A DNA stretch of 64,000 bases, taken from Patescibacteria group bacterium. GTDB lineage: Bacteria > Patescibacteriota > Patescibacteriia > PEXW01. The notes beneath the pieces were generated by a model. That model ran no database searches. It saw only the letters and a program-made list of their open reading frames with translations, and was not told where the DNA came from. This document shows, one piece after another, positions 58,388 to 64,000 of this stretch; the stretch's first letter is position 1, and each line of letters begins with the position of its first letter. Both the position numbers and the translations under genes were made by a program. The stretch is taken from assembly GCA_038065235.1 (NCBI GenBank), contig JBBTRK010000016.1, positions 11,308 through 75,307 on the forward strand. The letters run 5' to 3'.

Positions 58388-58390
58388 CAT

Positions 58391-58690
58391 ATGCAAAAAA
58401 TCAGCCTGAAAAAAATCCACTTCCACATCGATATTGAGCGCGTCCCAACCCTTACGCTCTACGCAGCGCTGAGCTGTGCTATTGTTTTCCTCCTCGGGGC
58501 GGCATGGTTCAGCTACCGCAACGTATACGTCCCCTACATGAATAACACCATCCCAGAAGAAAAACTCGACCAGAAGCAAGACAAACTTAACATCAAGGAT
58601 TTTAGCGACGTCCGGGCAAAACTCGAAGCGAAGCAGAAAGGCACACCGAATGCAGCCGCAGTAGACCCTTTCCAGACCCCCAAGCCTTGA
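58391..58690 (+). CDS. Small bitopic protein at the end of the pil operon (possible PilP-like accessory)
   Basis: 99 aa with one TM and a charged C-terminal tail. Starts 3 nt after pilO. Confidence 0.4.
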   Translation: MQKISLKKIHFHIDIERVPTLTLYAALSCAIVFLLGAAWFSYRNVYVPYMNNTIPEEKLDQKQDKLNIKDFSDVRAKLEAKQKGTPNAAAVDPFQTPKP

Positions 58691-58746
58691 CGCTTCTGCT
58701 TGTGTGCAGTATAGTACGAACACTGTTTTCTCATTTGTAATCAACT

Positions 58747-59022
58747 ATGGCACACGTAAAAGGCGCCGGTACAACCAGTCTTGGTCGCGATTCCCAGTCC
58801 AAACGGCTCGGGGTGAAGGCGTACGCAGGTGAACGCGTCAACGCTGGATCAATTATCATTCGACAGCGCGGGACTGCAATCCGAGCGGGCAAAAATGTCC
58901 TCCGTGGCGGCGATGATACGCTCTACGCTAAAACAGCTGGGATCGTCTCTTTCCGTTCGCGGAAAGTCCGCCGTTTCGATGGGAAGCTCAAAGGCGCCCG
59001 TTTCGTCGACGTCAAAGTCTAA
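58747..59022 (+). CDS. rpmA: 50S ribosomal protein L27
   Basis: [24 protein letters not shown]…. Confidence 0.9.
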   Translation: MAHVKGAGTTSLGRDSQSKRLGVKAYAGERVNAGSIIIRQRGTAIRAGKNVLRGGDDTLYAKTAGIVSFRSRKVRRFDGKLKGARFVDVKV

Positions 59023-59029
59023 CGCGGCT

Positions 59030-60685
59030 CTACTTCGATTCGGTCCGTCCGGCTCCCCCGGACGTTTTGCATTTCTTGGCCGCCGCTATGAACTCTCGGA
59101 AAAGCGGCTGCGGGCGCAGTGGGCGTGAAGTAAACTCGGGGTGAAACTGCACCCCGACGAACCATGGGTGATCTACAACCTCAACAATCTCCACAAGCCG
59201 GCCATCTTCGGTCGAGCCAGAAATGCGTAATCCTGCTTTCTCGAGTTGTTCGCGGTAGTCGTTATTGAATTCGTAACGGTGCCGATGTCGCTCGAGCACC
59301 ACGGTTTCTCCGTACGCTTTTGCGCTGAGGCTACCTGCAACGAGTTTGCACGGCCAGTTCCCCAAGCGCATTGTGGCACCGTAGTCTTGCGCGAGGAGCT
59401 TCTTCTCCTGGTCTGGCATGATGTGAATGACGCGGGTCGATGCGTTCGGTGTGAACTCTGTACTCGTAGCGTCTTTCAACCCGGCGACGTTACGGGCAAA
59501 TTCTATTGTCGCTATCTGCATTCCTAAGCAGAGTCCGAAGTACGGAATGCGCTGCTCCCGAGCATAACGCACGGCCGCAATCTTGCCTTCCACACCCCGT
59601 GCGCCAAATCCTCCAGGTACTACAATACCGTCGGCCTGTTTCAACACAGACCACGCTTTGGCGTCCTTCGCCTCGAGCTTCTCTGCATCTACCCACGAGA
59701 ATACCAGCTTCACACTATTTGCATAGGAAGCACTCCGGAGCGCTTCCACGACGGAGAGGTACGCATCGCCGTGCTCGGTGTACTTACCCACGAGCACAAT
59801 CGAGAGTGTTGGCTTGCCATTCCGTGACTTCCGCACGAGCTCTCGCCACGGCCCCAAGGCTGGACGACGTGGCTCCAGGCCGAGGGTGGAGAGAACTGTT
59901 TTCGTAATCCCGTATTTCTCCATATCCAAAGGCACGTCATAGATGCTGCGCGAGGTTTTCGCTGGAATGACGGCCGCCAAGGGCACACCGCAGAAGAGTG
60001 AGAGCTTCTCGAGGTGGTCTTTTCGAATCGACTCATCAGCACGGGCAATGATGATATCGGGGTGAATACCGGCCCGTTGCAACTCTCGGACTGAGGCTTG
60101 AGCGGGTTTGGTCTTCAGTTCCTTCGTCGTCTTCAGGTACGGCAGCAAGGCAACGTGGACGAAGAGCACGCGGTTCCCCATGGCGTGCCGCATCTGCCGC
60201 GCAGCTTCCAAGTACGGCTCCCCTTCTATGTCACCGACCGTCCCGCCAATCTCCATAATGAGCACATCAGGCTTGTGCGTATCAGTCACCTCCTGAATAG
60301 ACTGTTTAATTGCGTCAGTAATGTGCGGGATGATTTGAATAGTTTTTCCGAGGTACCGGCCCGCCCGCTCCTGCTGAATAACCCGCTGGTAGAGCTGCCC
60401 CGTAGAAACCGAGGATGACTTGGTGAGCTCCACATCGAGGAAACGTTCGTAGTGGCCCAGGTCCAAATCGGTTTCCGTCCCGTCTTTCAAAACGAAAACC
60501 TCGCCATGCTGGTATGGGTTCATCGTCCCCGGATCGACGTTGAGGTAGGGATCAAACTTTATGGAGAACACTGAAAACTTACTCGCCTTGAGCAATGCCC
60601 CGATAGAAGCAGCAGCAATGCCCTTGCCCAAGCCGGAGCAAACCCCACCGGTAACGAAAATATAATGGGTTCGACGCGTACTCAT
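59030..60685 (-). CDS. pyrG: CTP synthase
   Basis: N-terminal synthetase domain (YIFVTGGVCSGLGKGI) plus a C-terminal GATase (…GLCLGMQ…). Confidence 0.9.
   Translation of the reverse strand: MSTRRTHYIFVTGGVCSGLGKGIAAASIGALLKASKFSVFSIKFDPYLNVDPGTMNPYQHGEVFVLKDGTETDLDLGHYERFLDVELTKSSSVSTGQLYQRVIQQERAGRYLGKTIQIIPHITDAIKQSIQEVTDTHKPDVLIMEIGGTVGDIEGEPYLEAARQMRHAMGNRVLFVHVALLPYLKTTKELKTKPAQASVRELQRAGIHPDIIIARADESIRKDHLEKLSLFCGVPLAAVIPAKTSRSIYDVPLDMEKYGITKTVLSTLGLEPRRPALGPWRELVRKSRNGKPTLSIVLVGKYTEHGDAYLSVVEALRSASYANSVKLVFSWVDAEKLEAKDAKAWSVLKQADGIVVPGGFGARGVEGKIAAVRYAREQRIPYFGLCLGMQIATIEFARNVAGLKDATSTEFTPNASTRVIHIMPDQEKKLLAQDYGATMRLGNWPCKLVAGSLSAKAYGETVVLERHRHRYEFNNDYREQLEKAGLRISGSTEDGRLVEIVEVVDHPWFVGVQFHPEFTSRPLRPQPLFREFIAAAKKCKTSGGAGRTESK
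59045..59070 (+). terminator. Rho-independent terminator for rpmA. GC stem GTCCGG/CCGGAC, loop CTCCC, followed by GTTTTGCATTTCTT. It lies within the last codons of the convergent pyrG.
   Basis: Hairpin and T-tract read directly at 59047-59068 on the plus strand. Confidence 0.4.
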
Positions 60686-61113
60686 ATATTTATGCTAAAG
60701 GTAACGGTTGTAGCGTGAATCTGCAACGTTACTGGGTGTTTGCCCGTGTGCTTGAGTGTTGGCAGCTGTTTCTGCAATGCAGGCGGGAGTGCATAGCCAA
60801 TCTGCTGAGCGATTGCTTTTGTAATATCGGTACTGTTCACGGCCGCGTAGAGTGTACCAGTTGTCGCTGCCTTTGCCTCCACGTGTACGGTTTTTCCGTT
60901 GAGGGCCTTGGCGAGCGCATCAAGGTCGTGCTCGGCATCTGCATCTGCAGCCACATGTTTCTGCTTCCGCTGCTGCGCTTCGGCTATGGCGTGAGCGCTC
61001 GCAGGTACTGCGAGGTTCTGCGGGATGAGAAAATTCTTGGCGTAGCCTTCGGCCACGTCAGCGACATCACCACTGTGGTACGGCGTGACGGGTTTTATGA
61101 AGAGCACTCTCAT
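60682..61113 (-). CDS. rplI: 50S ribosomal protein L9
   Basis: MRVLFIKPV…GDVADVAEGYAKNFLIPQNLA… N-terminal domain. Confidence 0.8.
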   Translation of the reverse strand: MRVLFIKPVTPYHSGDVADVAEGYAKNFLIPQNLAVPASAHAIAEAQQRKQKHVAADADAEHDLDALAKALNGKTVHVEAKAATTGTLYAAVNSTDITKAIAQQIGYALPPALQKQLPTLKHTGKHPVTLQIHATTVTFSINI

Positions 61114-62333
61114 GGTTTTTCCGTCAGAAGCTTCAGCGCGCGCTGCAGCTGAGTATCATTATCGTCGCCAGCTTGGGTTGGATCTTCCACAACCACATCC
61201 GGGGTAATGCCTGAACCATCAATTGTTCGGCCCAGCGGGGTAAACCATTTCGCTATCGTCAACTTCAACTGCGAACCATCTGGGAGTGGCTCAAGCGTCT
61301 GCACGCTCCCCTTCCCGAAGGTTTTCGTCCCCACAATCGTGGCGCGTTTGCTGTCCTGAAGCGCACCCGCAACAATTTCTGATGCCGAGGCACTGCCCCC
61401 GTTCACCAGCACGACGAGGGGGGTCAGGGGTAACCGAGCATCGCGGTCTGCACTATCGCTTCGTTCCTTGCCGGCAGCATCACGTTCCTTGACGACTACC
61501 TGTTTACCAATGAATTCTCCGGTGAGATCTACCGAGACATCGAGTAACCCCCCAGGATTATTCCGCAGGTCAAGGATAATTCCTTTGGGCTTGTCTAAGA
61601 GGAGGCCGCGAACGATAGTATCAAATTTCGATAGCGTCTCTTCGTTGAAACTCACTACCTGCACCAGAGCAATATTGTCTTTGAGCCGCCGTGTCGTAAC
61701 GCTGGCAATGGTTATCCGCTCACGTTGCACGGTGAACGAAAGTTCTTTCGCAGTCCGGACCACGGTTATGGTCACTTTCGTTCCTGCCTTCCCTCGAATG
61801 TAGCCAACAATTTCATCAATCGTAAGCGCTGTGACATCCCGCTCGTCAACCGTGAGCAGAAAGTCACCAGCTTTCAAGCCAATTTTCTCTGCCGGGCTAG
61901 AGGGCAAAGGCGCAATAATTGCTGGGCGCTTCTCTTTGTAACCAATTTCCGCCCCAATGCCTTCTATGCTTAAGTCTAAGTCATTCTTAAACGCAGTAGC
62001 TGCTTCGGGGGTAAAGAAGGTGGAATACGGATCACCCAAGCTGCGGACAAGGCCGCTCACAGCCCCGTAGAACAATTTTGCGTTGTCGACGGGTTGCAAG
62101 ACGTACTGTTGTTGAATTTGCTTCAGAACGGCATCGTAGACGGCTGGCGCGTTTGGGGTTAAGCGCGTGAGGGCCTGCAGAGCATACAGTGGGTTCACCA
62201 GCCCTTTCTCTCGATTCGCCGTCCAGTAGCCACCAATAAACCCTGCGAGCAGAATTATTGCCAACAAGAAGCCAATCCCAACCGGCTTTGCACGTCCATT
62301 CCTCTTCGGTACTGGGGGTTGTGCATCAATCAT
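61110..62333 (-). CDS. ctpA: Carboxyl-terminal processing protease (S41, with PDZ)
   Basis: N-terminal TM, a PDZ domain, and the S41 core (…NGGSASASE…, the K of the Ser-Lys dyad). Confidence 0.8.
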   Translation of the reverse strand: MIDAQPPVPKRNGRAKPVGIGFLLAIILLAGFIGGYWTANREKGLVNPLYALQALTRLTPNAPAVYDAVLKQIQQQYVLQPVDNAKLFYGAVSGLVRSLGDPYSTFFTPEAATAFKNDLDLSIEGIGAEIGYKEKRPAIIAPLPSSPAEKIGLKAGDFLLTVDERDVTALTIDEIVGYIRGKAGTKVTITVVRTAKELSFTVQRERITIASVTTRRLKDNIALVQVVSFNEETLSKFDTIVRGLLLDKPKGIILDLRNNPGGLLDVSVDLTGEFIGKQVVVKERDAAGKERSDSADRDARLPLTPLVVLVNGGSASASEIVAGALQDSKRATIVGTKTFGKGSVQTLEPLPDGSQLKLTIAKWFTPLGRTIDGSGITPDVVVEDPTQAGDDNDTQLQRALKLLTEKP

Positions 62334-63619
62334 AGTCGTTCGATGTGCGCGCCGAGCTGCCGCAGACGATCTTCGAGTTGAACGTAGCCTCTATCGAGGT
62401 GCTCAACCCCCATAAGCGTGGAGGTTCCCTCGGCGATGAGTGCGGCTACGACGTGCGCCATCCCGGCGCGAATATCTGGAATCTCGAGCTTCGCTGCGTG
62501 CAGTGGGGTTGGCCCCTGCACAATGGCGAAGTGTTTGGCGTGCTGGTCACGAAAACGACATTGCGTTTCTGGGCACGTCGCGGTTACCGTTATATCTGCG
62601 CCCATGCGGACAAGCTCGGTGGTGTAGCCGAACCGATCTTCGTAAATTGTTTCGTGGATATGGGAAGTGCCATCCGCCTGGGTCAGTAATGTGAGTGTGG
62701 GCTGCTGCCAGTCGGTCATGAAACCAGGGTGTGTATCGGTAGAAATATCTACAGGATGGAGCGCTTCCCGTCGCCAGAAACGAATGCCATCTGACCGAAC
62801 ATCGAAACCCCCGCCAAGTTTCTGAACGACATTGAGGTACGTTACCAACTGCGCTTGCTCTGCACCTTCGACAAAAATATCCCCACCCGTGCCAATTGCG
62901 GCGGAAGCAAATGAAACGACTTCGTTCCGATCCGCGGTAATACGGATGGAAGCACCGTGAAGCTTTCGGACGCCTTCAATTTCAATGACCCGATTCGCGC
63001 CCAAGTGAATGTGCGCACCCATCCGCTGCAAAAACATAACTAGCTCCAGCACTTCTGGTTCCACTGCGGCATTCTCTATCCGCGTCCGACCCTGCGCCAA
63101 AACCCCAGCGAAAAGAATAGTCTCGGTAGCGCCAACACTGGGAAAAGGCAAGCTAATGGTTGCCCCTTTGAGCGCTGTTGCACTAGCAATGTACGCCCCA
63201 TCGCGCTCTGCAACGTTGGCACCCATTTCGCGCAAGGCATCGAGGTGGAAATTCACTGGCCGCGGGCCAATTTTATCACCGCCGAGGACTGGTACCTGCG
63301 CGTGCTGTCCCCGGTGTAGGAGCGGTGCCAAAGCTAGAATGGGAATGCGATTCTTCCGCGAGAGTGGCGGAACAGTCGTCGTTTTTATTGCTGGCGTTTG
63401 CACGTGGAGCGTCCCCTGCTCCCGCTCGACCGTGGCTCCAACGGCAGTAAGGAGCTCGGCGGTGATCTCTGTATCCCCCAATTGCGGGCAGTTCTCAAGC
63501 CGACACGGCTCATCGGTGAGGAGCGTTGCCACCATGAGCTTGGTAGCAGCGTTCTTTGCACCGGCAACGCGAGTGCGACCCGTTAGTGGAGTGCCTCCGG
63601 TTATGTTTAACGTAGCCAT
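62330..63619 (-). CDS. murA: UDP-N-acetylglucosamine 1-carboxyvinyltransferase MurA. Asp sits at the Cys115 position.
   Basis: MurA-like throughout. The active-site loop reads …VPVLGGDKIGPRPVNFH… with D115 where E. coli has C115. Confidence 0.9.
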   Translation of the reverse strand: MATLNITGGTPLTGRTRVAGAKNAATKLMVATLLTDEPCRLENCPQLGDTEITAELLTAVGATVEREQGTLHVQTPAIKTTTVPPLSRKNRIPILALAPLLHRGQHAQVPVLGGDKIGPRPVNFHLDALREMGANVAERDGAYIASATALKGATISLPFPSVGATETILFAGVLAQGRTRIENAAVEPEVLELVMFLQRMGAHIHLGANRVIEIEGVRKLHGASIRITADRNEVVSFASAAIGTGGDIFVEGAEQAQLVTYLNVVQKLGGGFDVRSDGIRFWRREALHPVDISTDTHPGFMTDWQQPTLTLLTQADGTSHIHETIYEDRFGYTTELVRMGADITVTATCPETQCRFRDQHAKHFAIVQGPTPLHAAKLEIPDIRAGMAHVVAALIAEGTSTLMGVEHLDRGYVQLEDRLRQLGAHIERL

Positions 63620-63694
63620 ACTTTTTCGAGTATACAGGAAGAAAATGACTCAGCCTAGCCTACAAACCTTTCGGTGCGGTATGCTACCTGCACC

Positions 63695-64000
63695 ATGACG
63701 CTTCCGCTCCGCCGCGCCCTTGCACTCCTGTTCGCTGGACTCTTCGTGCTCGTTGCCCTCGCTAGTATTGCCTACGGTCGAGGGTACCGCTTCGATTTCA
63801 AAACTCGCAACATTCGGCTGACCGGGGTCATCCTGCTCGCGGGCGCGCCAGATCGGGTCCAGGTGAAAATTGATGATGGTGAACCTAAGAATGTTTCCCT
63901 CCCAACCACATTCCGTGGGCTCCTGCCGACTACCCATACAATTTCTCTATCAGCCCCAGGGTATGAAAGCCAAATATTTACCTTGAACGTTCGGTCAGGA
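63695..64000 (+). CDS. Membrane-anchored PEGA-like domain protein, 3'-partial. Runs off the end of the window.
   Basis: ATG at 63695, TM (LALLFAGLFVLVALASIA), then …SLPTT…HTISLSAPGYESQIFTLNV, a PEGA-like pattern. No stop before the window end. Confidence 0.4.
   Translation, partial: MTLPLRRALALLFAGLFVLVALASIAYGRGYRFDFKTRNIRLTGVILLAGAPDRVQVKIDDGEPKNVSLPTTFRGLLPTTHTISLSAPGYESQIFTLNVRSG

Noticed and set aside
1-64000. Mobile element, prophage or defence island
   Set aside because: No integrase, transposase, phage structural, restriction-modification or cas-like proteins recognised. The gene content is core housekeeping with uniform composition.

Overview
The window is a dense, mostly housekeeping bacterial chromosomal segment: about 60 protein-coding genes at roughly 95% coding density, moderate GC, with many start/stop overlaps. 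I found no rRNA, tRNA, CRISPR array, transposase or integrase. All calls come from reading the translated ORFs against remembered family motifs; no database search was run, so domain names are provisional.

Gene blocks by strand:
- Plus strand 1-14.8 kb: holB' (5'-partial), a BNR lipoprotein, frr, rseP, proS, mreB, mreC, mreD, mrdA (PBP2), then greA with its own promoter, lysS, serS, alr, an FtsQ-like gene and a small membrane protein.
- Minus strand 14.9-18.4 kb: a coiled-coil M23 peptidase, gltX and a WecG/TagA-like GT26.
- Plus strand 18.5-23.8 kb: a secreted protein with four ~60-aa repeats, a LigB/DODA-like dioxygenase, a PriA-like protein with a degenerate Walker A, def and fmt.
- A divergent pair at 23.8-25.4 kb: a membrane-anchored cyclophilin and an FN3 surface protein, both carrying Asn/Thr-rich low-complexity linkers.
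- Minus strand 25.4-43.3 kb: mnmA, a flippase-like/DUF2079 fusion membrane protein, a GT2, a cytoplasmic BtuF-like protein, a soluble VirD4/TraD-like ATPase, a 520-aa membrane protein, a sigma-70-region-4 plus HARE-HTH protein, secF, secD (with an embedded parvulin PPIase domain), an FG-GAP/L,D-transpeptidase, secA, hpf and murB.
- A minimal dcw cluster on the minus strand: mraY, a PgeF(YfiH)-MurD fusion, ftsW, murG and murC.
- A type IV pilus assembly operon on the plus strand (pilB, pilC, pilM, pilN, pilO and a small membrane protein), followed by rpmA.
- Minus strand to the end: pyrG, rplI, ctpA and murA, the last carrying Asp at the fosfomycin-target Cys115 position.

The gene content (compact overlapping operons, minimal dcw cluster, an orphan VirD4-like ATPase, a pilus operon beside ribosomal genes, many domain fusions) suggests a reduced-genome lineage such as Patescibacteria/CPR, at low confidence.

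The most interesting loci are the unusual domain architectures (SecD-PpiC, PgeF-MurD, sigma r4-HARE-HTH) and the co-directional minus-strand gene run 26.4-35.1 kb, which combines a DNA-binding protein, a membrane protein, a VirD4-like ATPase, a cytoplasmic BtuF-like protein and a polyprenol-phosphate glycosylation module.
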